From Alphaproteobacteria bacterium (lineage in GTDB: Bacteria > Pseudomonadota > Alphaproteobacteria > Bin95), in contig OZ224045.1 in the NCBI GenBank assembly GCA_963665325.3, forward strand, positions 1,952,001 to 2,016,000: a DNA stretch of 64,000 nt. Reading direction: 5' to 3'. Below, in pieces: positions 29,820 through 39,889 of the stretch. The translations under genes and the position numbers were made by a program. The first letter of the stretch is position 1. Each line of letters starts with the position of its first letter. The notes below the pieces were generated by a model that worked only from the letters and a program-made list of their open reading frames with translations, was not told the DNA's origin and made no database searches.

Positions 29820-31047
29820 CCGGCGACTTCTGCGAACGGGTGATTTCGGCGCCGGCTGCGGCGCTACGGTCCGGGCGGCTCGTGGTTCTCGTCGGCGCCG
29901 AATTCGACAAGGAAGCGCCGGAAGGAAGGGATCGGACAGAGATAACGTGCTCGAAATCCGCGCTGCAATGCTCCTCTGTGGACCAGATGGGCGAAAAAGG
30001 CCTCGCCGTTCATGCCGTCCGGCAGTTGCCGCGCCCGGCTGTCCGGATCCCCGTCGCTGCGCGTGCGGCATTGGCGTTCGATTTCCGCCTCGATGTCGTC
30101 CCGCCGGGCGCCGCCCTCCGGCAAGGCCGTCAGCACCGCGGCCACCAGCCGGCGCGCTCCTTCCATCTGCGGGCTGATGCGGGCCAGGTAGGCTCGCTCC
30201 CTGAGCGCGGTCTCGCGGTCGAGAACGGCCGCGGTCTCCACTGCGGCGAGATTTCCTTCGGCACGGACGAGTTCGGCGGCAAGCGCGCGCATGGCGTTAT
30301 GCAGATGCTGCGGCCAGCCATCGCTGCGCCCGGAGAGGAGGGCCGGCCAGTCTTCTGCGCCGTCGGTCCGGCGGACGCGACATCGTTCGAGCATGGCTTC
30401 GACCGCATCCCTTGCCTCGTCGGGGGCAAGCGCGCCGAGAGTGTTGACGGCTTCGATCTCCAGGCGCGAGAGGCCGCAGCGGGAGACGACATCCTGGGAG
30501 TTTGCGAGGCCGGCCAGCACCGGGACGATCGGCAGGCCCGGCATGCCGGAGTGGAGCTTCACGAGGACGTCGGTCGCGGCCTCCCGGACGGTCTGGACCT
30601 CGTCCACGGCAAGGCAGACGGGCCGGGTCCAGGACTGCGGGGGGAACCGGCGGCGAAGCTCTTCGAACGAGGGCGCAGGCGGCGCCATCGCGGTTCGTCT
30701 CGATCCGCTGGCGCCGGCAAAGCCGGGAACGCCGGTGTGTCCGGCAATGTCGCGGGTTTCGGTTTGCCGCCAGGTGAGTGTGCTCTCGGTATCTGATGGC
30801 GGGATGGTCACGTTGTTCGATGGTTTTCAGGCGTCGGGCCGGGCGTGACGGCGGGGGTGTCGGACGGCCGTCGGCGCGTCAAGCCGCTTCGCGGCTCCTG
30901 CGCTGCGCTCCGGCCCTTCGGGTGACCCGCCGCCGTCCCTCCGACGGAGTGCATCCATGGCCGTAAGCAAGCTTCCGGCCACGGGCCGGCCGCTTTACGC
31001 AGTGTGACAATGGGAGCGGTGTTACCCGTTACCGTTACCCTCTCTCC

Positions 31048-32046
31048 CTAGGGGTTCGAGGCGGTAACGGTTTTCGGTAACGTGTCCCTGCGGTCGTTGC
31101 CGTTGAGGGCGGCGAGGCGGTATCCGCCTTCGGATGCGCGCTCGACGCGTCCTTCGCGGACGAGCCTGTGCAGCGCCTCGGCGACGGTTGCGGGCCGGGT
31201 TGCCGCGCGCTCGCGGATCCGGCGCTGGGAGAGCGGCGCGTCGGCGTCGGCGAGGGCCTGCAGGATGCGCCGTTCGGGGGTATCCGGCTCCGGCGCCTGG
31301 TCTTCCGGCGTCTCGCGCAACCGCAGGGCGGGGCGCTCGTCGTCGTCGGCGAGTTCGATCTCGAGGTCTTCGAGGCCAGGGGCGTCGCGATGCTCGACGG
31401 TCATGAGGATCTGGCGGTCTCGCCGGCGCAGGTACAGATTCGAATCGCCCCAGGCGTGAAGTTCGCTGCTGCCGCGCAGCGCCTGCCCGGGCCGGGAGCC
31501 GCCGCTCTTTCGTGCGTGATGGACGAGGAGGACGGCGGTTTCGAAGCGGCGCTGTATGTCGCGCAGGAAGCCCAGCATGGGGGCGACCTCGGCGACGGTA
31601 TTTTCGTCGACGCCGTGCAGGCGCACGAGGGGGTCGAGGACGACGAGGCGGGGTGAGACGCGCTCCACCGTCTCGACCAGGCGCTGGCGATCGGCGCGAT
31701 GGTCGAGACGCAGCGTGGGCACGTCGATGACGGCGATGTCGAGGGTCTCGAACGCGGTGCCTGCCGCCTTTGCGATGCCCTGGAGGCGTGCGCGCACGAT
31801 ATGGCCGGCGTCCTCGGCGGCGAACAGCAGCACGGGGCCGCTTGCGGCGGGACGGAAGTGGCGCAGGCAGGGGACGCCGGCGGCGACCGCGACGGCGATG
31901 TCGAGTGCGAGGAAGGATTTGCCGCACTTGGGCTCGCCGCCGACGATGCCGACGCCCTGCTCGGACCACAACGCCTCGACCATCCAGCGGCGCGCCTGGG
32001 GGCGCTCTTCGAGCTCCGCCGGCGCCCGTGTCGGGAAGCCCTTCAC
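31048..32046 (-). CDS. RSF1010 RepA-like (AAA_25) helicase with C-terminal winged HTH
   Basis: GEPKCGKS, FAAED, VVLDPL..H..DEN, LVHHARK, RGSS; GTG start overlaps the ATPase stop. Confidence 0.82.
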   Translation of the reverse strand: MKGFPTRAPAELEERPQARRWMVEALWSEQGVGIVGGEPKCGKSFLALDIAVAVAAGVPCLRHFRPAASGPVLLFAAEDAGHIVRARLQGIAKAAGTAFETLDIAVIDVPTLRLDHRADRQRLVETVERVSPRLVVLDPLVRLHGVDENTVAEVAPMLGFLRDIQRRFETAVLLVHHARKSGGSRPGQALRGSSELHAWGDSNLYLRRRDRQILMTVEHRDAPGLEDLEIELADDDERPALRLRETPEDQAPEPDTPERRILQALADADAPLSQRRIRERAATRPATVAEALHRLVREGRVERASEGGYRLAALNGNDRRDTLPKTVTASNP

Positions 32047-32876
32047 CGCCGCGCCCTCCTCGGCTTGGCGGGTTCGCCCAGGGTCTCGATGAAGAGCTTC
32101 TCGTCGAGGACCTCGCGCTCCTTCTCGGCGGCGGCGGCGAGCAGGGCGTCGGCCATGACGGTGAGCGCCCGCGGGTTGCCGTCGGCATGGGCGACCAGGG
32201 TGTCCTTGAGGCCCGCGGTCATGAGGCCGGGATTGCCGGCCTGCTCGATCAGATGGTCGAGCAGGGCCGCGAGGTCGCCGGCCTCGGCCTTGGTCATGAC
32301 CAGGCGCTGGCGGATGCGCGAGGCGATGGGCTGCAGATCGGGCTGGCGGAGCTTGTCGAGCAGGCGCGTGTCGCCGGCGAGGACGACCGAGAGGATGGCG
32401 CGCGAGTCGAAGTCGGTCGAAGCCAGCAGGCGGATCTCGGAGAACACCGAGGGCAGCAGCTCCTGGGCCTCGTCGACGAGCACGACGGGGCGCATGCGGG
32501 TATCGTCGACATGGGCGAGCCAGCGCTCGCGCAGGCTTTTGAAGCTGGCCCAGCGGTTGTTGTACATCAGGTCGACGCCGAACATCTCGCCGATCTCGCG
32601 GTAGAAGTCGGACAGCCGGGAGGAGGGATGGGTGATGGCGGCGATGCTGAGCCCCTCGCAGCGGCCGAGACGGTCGGCGAGCAGGCGCAACGCCACACTC
32701 TTTCCGGCGCCGGGCTCGCCGGCGATCAAGGCGAAGCCGCCCTGGCGCACCAGGTGGCGCTCGATCCTGAGGCAGAAGCTGTCGACGGCAGGCGTCGCCA
32801 TGAGACTGTCGACCGGCAGGTCGGTGGCGAAGGGGTTCCACTTGAGCCCGTAGAAGGTGAGCAGTTCCCGGTTCAT
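32043..32876 (-). CDS. ExeA/MuB/TniB-like AAA+ transposition ATPase
   Basis: FYGLKWNPF, GEPGAGKS, LVDEAQ, SRI, GNPR. Confidence 0.88.
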   Translation of the reverse strand: MNRELLTFYGLKWNPFATDLPVDSLMATPAVDSFCLRIERHLVRQGGFALIAGEPGAGKSVALRLLADRLGRCEGLSIAAITHPSSRLSDFYREIGEMFGVDLMYNNRWASFKSLRERWLAHVDDTRMRPVVLVDEAQELLPSVFSEIRLLASTDFDSRAILSVVLAGDTRLLDKLRQPDLQPIASRIRQRLVMTKAEAGDLAALLDHLIEQAGNPGLMTAGLKDTLVAHADGNPRALTVMADALLAAAAEKEREVLDEKLFIETLGEPAKPRRARR

Positions 32877-34348
32877 GGCGCATCTCCCCGATCTTCGTCC
32901 TCGCCCGGACCGGGCGTCTTGTCATGGGGCAGCCAGGCCGGCGGCAGGCCGGTTGCGGCCTGGGCGTCGAGCATGCCCTTGAGCAGCGGCGGAAGTTCCC
33001 CCGTCCCCGCGCCGCCATTGCCATCGTTGCCGCCGGGGCCGGCGGGACGGCGCACGCCATCGGCGTTGCCGCGCTTGTCGAGGGGGTACAGCGTGCACAG
33101 GCGCTCGCCGCCTCGACCGTCGATCAGATCGACGCTGGCGAGGTTCCAGCGCGCGTAACGGATCCAGGCCTCGCGCAGGTGGCGCCACGGCTGTGGCACC
33201 TGGTAGCGGATGCCCTCGACCGAGACGGTGCCGTCCGAGCGCCTGAGCGTGCGCTTCCTGGTGATGCGGAAGGCCGCCTTGAGCTCGGCCGAGCCGGGGC
33301 AGGATCTCGACGCGTCGACGCTCCCGGCCAGGCGTTGATGCGGCGTCATGCCGAGCTCGCGGTGCTTGCGGCGGTGATAGTCCTGCTCCAGCCAGGCGAT
33401 GGTGGCGTCGTTGAGCATCTTCAAGGTAAGCGCGTCGACGCCTTCGAGCTGAGCCATCAGGCGCGATTCGACCGTGCCCCAGAACGACTCGATCTTGCCG
33501 TTCTGATGGGGGCTGTAAGCGAGCGTCGTGACCCCCGCGATGCCGAGCCGGTGCAACCCCTCCTCGACCTCGCCCGCGGTCATCGCCGCGCCGTTGTCGG
33601 TCAGCAGGGACCTCGGCAGACCGCGCTTCATGAAGGCCTGGCAAAGGCCGTGGACGAACACCTCGGCGGTCTCGGCGAGGTACCACTGAAGGTGGCAGCC
33701 GAGGCGCGAGTGGTCGTCGAGGAAGCCGAGCAGGATCGGCGTCTTCCACTCGCCCGAGGCGGTCAGCACGCGACGCTTGGCGCTGTGCATGTCGGCGTGC
33801 CACAGGGCGTGAGAGCGCGAGACCTCGTAGCTCAATACCTCGCGGGCTTCGACCGCCGGCCTGGCCTCGCTCTCATGCCACTTGCGCCGGCGCTTGCGTA
33901 CCAGCCCGCGAGCCCGCATCGCCCGGGTCAGCGTCGCGTAGGACGGTATCGGGCCGAGCTCGGGATCGGCCTCGACCCGCGCGGCCAGATTCTCGTGATG
34001 AAGCTGCGCCGACCACGACGGATGCGCCCGGTACTGCTCGTGCAGCGCCTCGATCAGCGTCGGCGACATCGCGCGCGGGCGCCCGGCATCGGCGCGCGGG
34101 CGCCGCTTGAGCGCCCCCACCGGATCGTTGTCCGCCGCCCGCGCCTGGTAGTACCAGCGCTCGATCGTGGACACCGCGAAGCGCACCCGGCCCTTGCCGG
34201 ACGGGTGATCCCACTCGCGTTCGGCAAGCCGCTCAAGCTCGGCGTGCAGCCGCCCCGCCGGCGGCGGCGAGGCCAGAAGCGGCCCGACCACCGCGAAGCG
34301 CAACCGCGCCCACCGGTCGCGACGCTCGCTCCCGTCGTTGCTGTTCAT
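32873..34348 (-). CDS. DDE transposase (rve core, Mu-type C-terminal domain)
   Basis: N-terminal HTH (STIERWYY); WHADMH, LDDHSR, TDNGAA, NGKIESFW, DGTVSVEGIRYQVP. Confidence 0.93.
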   Translation of the reverse strand: MNSNDGSERRDRWARLRFAVVGPLLASPPPAGRLHAELERLAEREWDHPSGKGRVRFAVSTIERWYYQARAADNDPVGALKRRPRADAGRPRAMSPTLIEALHEQYRAHPSWSAQLHHENLAARVEADPELGPIPSYATLTRAMRARGLVRKRRRKWHESEARPAVEAREVLSYEVSRSHALWHADMHSAKRRVLTASGEWKTPILLGFLDDHSRLGCHLQWYLAETAEVFVHGLCQAFMKRGLPRSLLTDNGAAMTAGEVEEGLHRLGIAGVTTLAYSPHQNGKIESFWGTVESRLMAQLEGVDALTLKMLNDATIAWLEQDYHRRKHRELGMTPHQRLAGSVDASRSCPGSAELKAAFRITRKRTLRRSDGTVSVEGIRYQVPQPWRHLREAWIRYARWNLASVDLIDGRGGERLCTLYPLDKRGNADGVRRPAGPGGNDGNGGAGTGELPPLLKGMLDAQAATGLPPAWLPHDKTPGPGEDEDRGDAP

Positions 34349-34396
34349 TCCGGCATCCCCCTCGCTGCTTCGTGGAGGTGCCGATGATGCGGTGCC

Positions 34397-35011
34397 CTAT
34401 CCGTGCATCATAGAAACGCTTTCTGCGGGCGAAGCCGGACCTGCGCCGAGCGCGCAAAAGCCGGTCCACGGCATCAGCCAGACCAGGCTCCGCAGCAGCC
34501 GCGAGCGGAAGCCACGGCCCCGCATGATGCGCAGCAGCCGGCGCAGCGGCGCCTCTTCGGGCGGCGCCGCCAGCTCGCCCCGTCTCGCCTGCCACTCCCG
34601 GGTCAGCGGGAAGGCTTCCAGCCACCAGCGCCGCCAGCGCTTCAGCGTCGAGGCCGGAACCCCGCACCGCCGCGCGATCGTCTGCAACCGCGCGCCGCCG
34701 GCCACAGCCAGCGCACTCACCACAAGGAACAGCGCCCCGACGTAAAAGCGCCTGCCGAAGAAACGCACCGACGGCGGCTTCACGCGGCGTCGGCACACCG
34801 AACAGCACAGGCTGAAGCGCCGAACGTCGTTCCGAAGATTCGCCGCCAGACCGTGCGGCTTGCGCGGGTAGCTCGCGCTGTGAAGCGCGCCGCCGCAGCG
34901 CGGGCAACCCGCCGCCCGGCACGCCTCCGCCTCGGCCGCGTCGACCTGCTTCAGAAAATCCCAAACCCGGGCGTTGGAGAGATTGGAGTGCCGGAACAGC
35001 TTGTGCGACAT
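34397..35011 (-). CDS. Zn-ribbon plus HTH protein (DUF6431-like transposon ORF1)
   Basis: CPRCGG..H and CCSVC; IARRCGVPASTLKRW. Confidence 0.75.
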   Translation of the reverse strand: MSHKLFRHSNLSNARVWDFLKQVDAAEAEACRAAGCPRCGGALHSASYPRKPHGLAANLRNDVRRFSLCCSVCRRRVKPPSVRFFGRRFYVGALFLVVSALAVAGGARLQTIARRCGVPASTLKRWRRWWLEAFPLTREWQARRGELAAPPEEAPLRRLLRIMRGRGFRSRLLRSLVWLMPWTGFCALGAGPASPAESVSMMHG

Positions 35012-35712
35012 TGGGGCCGTCTCAGGTTGATGTCACTGTCACCGAGACAAGCCCTCCGGCGGCCTTCTTGCAAGATCGCCGGGGGGCACCCAATCCAAAA
35101 CCTCGATTAATCCGAGCCGATCAGCCCCTGATCGCCGCTGAAAGCCTGCGCCCGCTCACCAGGCCTCGTCCGCGTCCGGGTCGATCGCCCCGACGATCTT
35201 CGCGGCAACCGTCGCTTCGTCGGCGAGCTCGCCCGGAAAGACGGCGACCGGAACCGGGGCGGCCGCGCCATGCGGGCTCTCTCCGTTCGTCCATCGCCGC
35301 GCCATCTCGGAGAGCAGCGCCGTCTTCCCGGCGCCCGGTGCGCCCTGGATGAGTTGCGTTGCGCCTCCCATCGCCTCGCCCTTCCGTGCAACGGCGAGCG
35401 CTTCGGCGCAAAGGCGTTCGACGGCGTCCATCCGGTCCTTGCGTCCGGCGAAGAAGGGCGAGGAACGCCGGTCGCCAAGAGCCGCGAAGGCTTCCAGAGC
35501 CTTGAGATCGGGACGGCGGGCCCGCCCGGCAATGCGCGCCATGGAGCGGTCTCCCTCGACGACTGCCCGGCAGGAGGCCGGTCCGGTCATCCGGCGCCTG
35601 CGGACTGTCCGGCCGCAGCCGTTTCGACTGCGGGGGCAGCGTATGCGGCAGCGGGTCGGACGGTCAAGGTTTCGGCGGACGCCCGCCTGCCCTACCGGCG
35701 GAGGGGCGGACA

Positions 35713-36597
35713 ATGAAGATGGGCAAGGGTGCCGACGCAGAGCGCGCGGTCGAGGCGAAATCCCGACGCGGGACGGTCTGGCGGCGTCTGAAGGAGGCGG
35801 GGGCTCGGGCGAACGGGCTTTCGGGGCTGTCCGGGGAGTTCGATCCGGGGCAGGCGGTATCGAAGCGGCTCGCCCGGGATGTTCTGGATGAGGCTGAAGC
35901 TGGGGCGGGCGTCGCGGCATTCCTTCCAGTCCATCCAGGCCTGAAAGAGGATGACCATGCCCGCGAGAACCGTCATGCCCACGACGCCGGCGGCAAGGAC
36001 CTCGGTCTTGTCCGGTCCGTAGAGGCAAAGCGCTCCGGTGCCCGCGACAGCGAAGACGAAGAGTCCCCCATAGGCGCTGCCGAAGGCGAAGGAGAGGATC
36101 GCTTCATCGAGGGCGAAGGTGCATTCGACGATTGGCACTGGATTTCGTTCGGTGGCGGTTCGCTCAGGGTGACGGCATTTTCGGCCTGCGTGCTGCTGCT
36201 GGCAAGCGCGCTGGCTCCCGGAGGGTTTTCGACTGACGGTGCGACGCTGGGGGCCGGGATGTATTTCGTGTGGCTTGCAGGCACGTTCTGGGGGAAGTGC
36301 CGGGGATGCGGCCGAGGCTTTGCGGTCGCTATGCAGCGGTTGGAGGCGGTCCGCTTCGGGCTGTCGGCGGTTGCGCTGGCGTTCCTGTGGGCGGGCGATC
36401 CGGCGGCTGCGGGTCTTGCGGTGTGGATTGCGGCGGCGGCGCTGGCGATCGGCGGGTTGGAAGACGGCGACTGGATCGCGGTGGTGTCGCTGCGCCGCGA
36501 GGTCCCGCCCTGGCGGGCGGTGGGCATTGTCTTCCGCGAGAGCCGGGATGCATGGCGCGAGGGCTGGCGCTCCCTTTACGGGGGGACGCTTCGATGA
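35713..36597 (+). CDS. hypothetical membrane protein upstream of pilQ (start uncertain; 36169 is an alternative)
   Basis: TM helices in the C-terminal half; ATGA overlap with pilQ. Confidence 0.5.
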   Translation: MKMGKGADAERAVEAKSRRGTVWRRLKEAGARANGLSGLSGEFDPGQAVSKRLARDVLDEAEAGAGVAAFLPVHPGLKEDDHARENRHAHDAGGKDLGLVRSVEAKRSGARDSEDEESPIGAAEGEGEDRFIEGEGAFDDWHWISFGGGSLRVTAFSACVLLLASALAPGGFSTDGATLGAGMYFVWLAGTFWGKCRGCGRGFAVAMQRLEAVRFGLSAVALAFLWAGDPAAAGLAVWIAAAALAIGGLEDGDWIAVVSLRREVPPWRAVGIVFRESRDAWREGWRSLYGGTLR

Positions 36598-38279
36598 CGG
36601 GCCGGCGGGACACATGGTGGGGCCGTCTCTTGTTCAAGGAGAAGCCGCCGGAAGTGATGCCGTCGGGCCTGGTGCGCTGGGAGCGGATGGACGAGCGCTT
36701 CCGGGAGCGCTGCGCGGTCTGGTCGGACGGGCGCGTGCTGATAGCGGACGGCTATGCGAACGACGTGGAGCTGCGCGCGCTGCTGGTGGAGTTGCAGCGC
36801 ACGGGCGCGGTCCGGGGCCAGTTCCGGGAGGAGACGGCCTCGCTCCAGGAGGTTGCGGAGGTCTGGCGCGGCAACCGGGTCCGTGACGAGAGCCTGGACG
36901 TGAACCCGCGGATCGTGGAGGGGCTTGTCGCGATCTTCACGGAGGCGGCGAGGGCCCGGGCTTCGGACGTGGTGCTGGAGAAGGGGCCGGACGACTGCCG
37001 GGTGTTCGCGATCGTGAACGACCGCAAGCTGCCGCTCGGTTCTGCGATGACGGTGCGGGAGGCGGAGCAGGTGTTCGGGTTCCTGTTCTTCGTGAAGGAC
37101 GAGGGCTCGCGGCAGACCTCCTTGCAGCGTGCGAGCTTCCAGGGTTTCAGCGTGAGGCGCTCGGAGACGTTCCCCTTGCCGGAGGAGATCGCGGCGCTGC
37201 GCTGCGAGGCGGGCCCGCACGAGCCGGAGGGCCACCACCTCTACATGCGTCTCTTCTACCGCGACCAGGTCGGGGGCCGGAAGACGCTGGAGGATCTCGG
37301 GTTCACGGCGGAGGTGGCGGGCCTGTTCCGCGAGATCCGGATGTCGAAATACGGCGGCATCTTCATCGGCGGGACGACGGGCGACGGCAAGTCGACGACG
37401 CTTGCGGTGAACCTGAACCTGCAGATGCGCGAGCACGGGCATCGCCTGAACATGGTGACGCTGGAGGACCCGGTCGAATACGACATACCGGGGGCGGTGC
37501 AGATTGCGGTGGGCACGCGGGGCATCGGCGAGGAGCGCGGTCTCGGCTTTGCAGCGGCGCTGATGCATTTCGTGCGGGTGCATCCGGCCTCGGGGATGGT
37601 TGGCGAGATCCGGGACAAGATGGGCGCGCAGCAGGTGCTGCAGTTCATCGACTCGGGCCACCAGGTGTGGACGACGATCCATGTCCACACGGCGAACGGC
37701 ATCCTGTTCCGCCTGATGGACCTCGGCGTCGAGGTGTCGGAGGTGACGAAGCCCGGCAACATCCGGCTTCTGGTGAAGCAGACGCTGGTGCCTCTGCTCT
37801 GTCCGGAATGTGCGAGGCCGGCGCTGCCGGAGGGACGGGACCTTCCGGAGGAGCTGGCGGTTCTGTTGGGCCCGGGGGTCCGCTACCGCAATCCGGAGGG
37901 TTGCCCGCAATGCCGGACGGCGGGCCAGTCGGCGCTCTCGCTGGCGGCCTGGGCGGGCTATGTGCGCCCGCTCGCGGTGGCGGAGTGGATCGTCCCGGAC
38001 GACGGCTATCTGAGGCATGTGCAGGCGCGCGACGCGGTGGGCGCGTGGAACCACTGGGTGGGTTCGATGGGCGGGGTTCCGATCGGGCGGAAGATCTGGC
38101 GCGCGGTCGGCGAGGGCCGGGTCGATCCGGCGGACGCGATGCTGAAGGGCGCGGAGATCGCCGAGGCGAAGGCGGTGTTCGGTCCTCCGGGCGAAGGCCT
38201 GCGGGAGGACGGGCCGGGTCATGCCGGCGCCGCGCCGGGCAAGCCGGTGCTCGTGGTGGATGCGGAGGCGGTGGAATGA
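36594..38279 (+). CDS. pilQ: type IVb pilus assembly ATPase (PilQ/BfpD/GspE family)
   Basis: ASDV, GTTGDGKST, LEDPVE, VGEIRD, TTIH, CPEC/CPQC Zn motif. Confidence 0.88.
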   Translation: MTGRRDTWWGRLLFKEKPPEVMPSGLVRWERMDERFRERCAVWSDGRVLIADGYANDVELRALLVELQRTGAVRGQFREETASLQEVAEVWRGNRVRDESLDVNPRIVEGLVAIFTEAARARASDVVLEKGPDDCRVFAIVNDRKLPLGSAMTVREAEQVFGFLFFVKDEGSRQTSLQRASFQGFSVRRSETFPLPEEIAALRCEAGPHEPEGHHLYMRLFYRDQVGGRKTLEDLGFTAEVAGLFREIRMSKYGGIFIGGTTGDGKSTTLAVNLNLQMREHGHRLNMVTLEDPVEYDIPGAVQIAVGTRGIGEERGLGFAAALMHFVRVHPASGMVGEIRDKMGAQQVLQFIDSGHQVWTTIHVHTANGILFRLMDLGVEVSEVTKPGNIRLLVKQTLVPLLCPECARPALPEGRDLPEELAVLLGPGVRYRNPEGCPQCRTAGQSALSLAAWAGYVRPLAVAEWIVPDDGYLRHVQARDAVGAWNHWVGSMGGVPIGRKIWRAVGEGRVDPADAMLKGAEIAEAKAVFGPPGEGLREDGPGHAGAAPGKPVLVVDAEAVE

Positions 38280-39334
38280 GGGGTTTCCGGTGGCTGTTCC
38301 TGCGCCGGTTCCTTGCGGCCCGGACCGAGGCGCGGATCGACATCTGGTATCTGCTTCACGACCTGCTCCAGGGCGGGCTTGGTCTGCGCGAGGCGCTCGG
38401 CGTGGTGATGCAGGCGAAGTCGCGCGAGACGATCCGGGTGCGGATGCTTCGGGACTGGCAGGCGGCGCTTGCGGGCGGCGGGGACGATTTCGCGGTGGAG
38501 CTGTCGCGCTGGGTTCCGGCCTCGGAGGCGATGATCTTCTACGGGCTCGGCCGGGCGCGGGCTGAGGTTCTGTTCCTGGCGGCGGCGCGCGTCGCGGAGA
38601 TGCGCTCGAAGCAGGTGCGCGCGGTGGCGAGCGCGATGTTTCTGCCGCTGGTGATCTTCGTGGGCTGCATCGGCATGACCTGGTTCATGGGCTACGAGGT
38701 CATTCCGGCGATGCTGGAGGTGAGCGACCGGTCGCGCTGGGATATCTGGTCGCGCTCGTTCGCCTGGGTCTCGGAGGGTTTCTACGCGAACGATATCGAG
38801 ATCGGGCTCGCGTTCCTGCTGTTCCTGGTTGCCTTCCGGCTGGTTGTGCTGCGCTGGACCGGCCGGGGCCGCGTGTTCGCGGACCGGATCCCGCCCTTTT
38901 CGCTCTACCGGATGCTGTCGGGGAGCGGGTTCCTGTTCGTGTGCGTGGAGTTCCTGCGCATGGGCGTGGACCTGAACCGGGACACGTTCGAGCAGTTCGA
39001 GCGCGGCGCCTCGCCCTATGTGCGGAGCCGCATGCGCCGTGTGCGGGAGCTGATGCTGAACGAGGGTCTGGGCTTCGGCTCGGCGCTCTCGGCGGCCCGG
39101 CAGGGGTTCCCGGACGAGACGCTGGTTGCAGTCGCGGGCGCGATGGACGGGCGCGCGGACTGGGAGGAGACGCTTGCCGGGTTCGTGGAGCGCTGGGTGG
39201 AGCGCTCGGAGGCGATGATGCGGATGCGCACCATGGTTCTGAACACGGTGCTGATGGCGCTCGGGACGGCGCAGATGATCCTGATCATGTGGGTGAGTTT
39301 CGACATCTCGACCCAGGTGGAACGAAGCTACTGA
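38276..39334 (+). CDS. pilR: type IVb pilus inner-membrane platform protein (PilR/GspF)
   Basis: LSRWVPASE, IPPFSLYR, ASPYVRSR, GFPD; three TM segments. Confidence 0.82.
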   Translation: MRGFRWLFLRRFLAARTEARIDIWYLLHDLLQGGLGLREALGVVMQAKSRETIRVRMLRDWQAALAGGGDDFAVELSRWVPASEAMIFYGLGRARAEVLFLAAARVAEMRSKQVRAVASAMFLPLVIFVGCIGMTWFMGYEVIPAMLEVSDRSRWDIWSRSFAWVSEGFYANDIEIGLAFLLFLVAFRLVVLRWTGRGRVFADRIPPFSLYRMLSGSGFLFVCVEFLRMGVDLNRDTFEQFERGASPYVRSRMRRVRELMLNEGLGFGSALSAARQGFPDETLVAVAGAMDGRADWEETLAGFVERWVERSEAMMRMRTMVLNTVLMALGTAQMILIMWVSFDISTQVERSY

Positions 39335-39346
39335 GAGGAGGGGAAC

Positions 39347-39886
39347 ATGAACCCTATCGGAGTCTTGCTGTCGGTGGTAGCGGGCCTCTTCGCGATCGTC
39401 GCGGTTGTGGGGATCTACAACGGGATCACGGCGCGGCTGAGCGAGGGCGAGTCGGTCGAGCTGCTGAACCAGCTGCGCGCGAATGTCGAGAGGATCTATT
39501 CTGGCCAGGCCAGCTACGGCGACAGCGCGAATGACGACCTTGTGCCGATCCTGGCCGGGTTCGGGAAGATCCCGGACGGCTCGCGGGTGGGCACGGGCGG
39601 GTCGGCGACGATCCGTCATCCGTTCGGCGGCGCGGTGACGATCCTGGGCAATGGCGGGCGGTTCGCGATCACGTTCGCGGATCTGGACGACGAGACCTGC
39701 AAGGACCTGGGCCAGGCCTATGTGGGCCGGACGCGGGCGGGCTCGGGGATCGTGCGGATGCAGGTGGCCGGCAGCGCCCCGGCGGCGGTGCATGCCGGCG
39801 CGCCGGTGACGCGCACGGTCACCTGGCTCAACAACCAGTGCGACAACGGCACGGCGTCCAACGCCCTGACCTTCGTGTTCGGGTGA
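39347..39886 (+). CDS. pilS: type IVb major pilin (PilS-like), apparently without a leader peptide
   Basis: N-terminal hydrophobic helix, LYxGQxSYG-type segment, HPFGGAVTI, C-terminal Cys pair; GAGGAGG RBS. Confidence 0.8.
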   Translation: MNPIGVLLSVVAGLFAIVAVVGIYNGITARLSEGESVELLNQLRANVERIYSGQASYGDSANDDLVPILAGFGKIPDGSRVGTGGSATIRHPFGGAVTILGNGGRFAITFADLDDETCKDLGQAYVGRTRAGSGIVRMQVAGSAPAAVHAGAPVTRTVTWLNNQCDNGTASNALTFVFG

Positions 39887-39889
39887 CCG

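Larger units (their letters stand above)
30775..35158 (-). mobile_element. 4,384-bp four-gene DDE transposon, copy 1; 5-bp TSD CCAGG
   Basis: ends TGAGTGTGC...GCCCGCTCA; CCAGG at 30770-30774 and 35159-35163. Confidence 0.95.
29864..35542 (-). pseudogene. AAA+/P-loop ATPase (about 429 aa) split by transposon copy 1
   Basis: N-part 35542-35159 (FAGR, GAPGAGKT) and C-part 30774-29864 (LAVDEVQ, GWPQH) rejoin in frame as DEAWRQTET once the element and one CCAGG are removed. Confidence 0.88.

Noticed and set aside
31048-33060. 670-aa ORF suggesting a long fusion protein
   Set aside because: The N-half is an Arg/Pro-rich off-frame overlap of the ATPase gene; the real gene starts at the GTG at 32046 (49323 and 60838 in the other copies)
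35756-36147. 8-bp inverted repeat CGAAATCC/GGATTTCG as the ends of an invertible segment
   Set aside because: Inversion would not put the antisense TM ORF in frame, no invertase is nearby, and 8 bp can arise by chance
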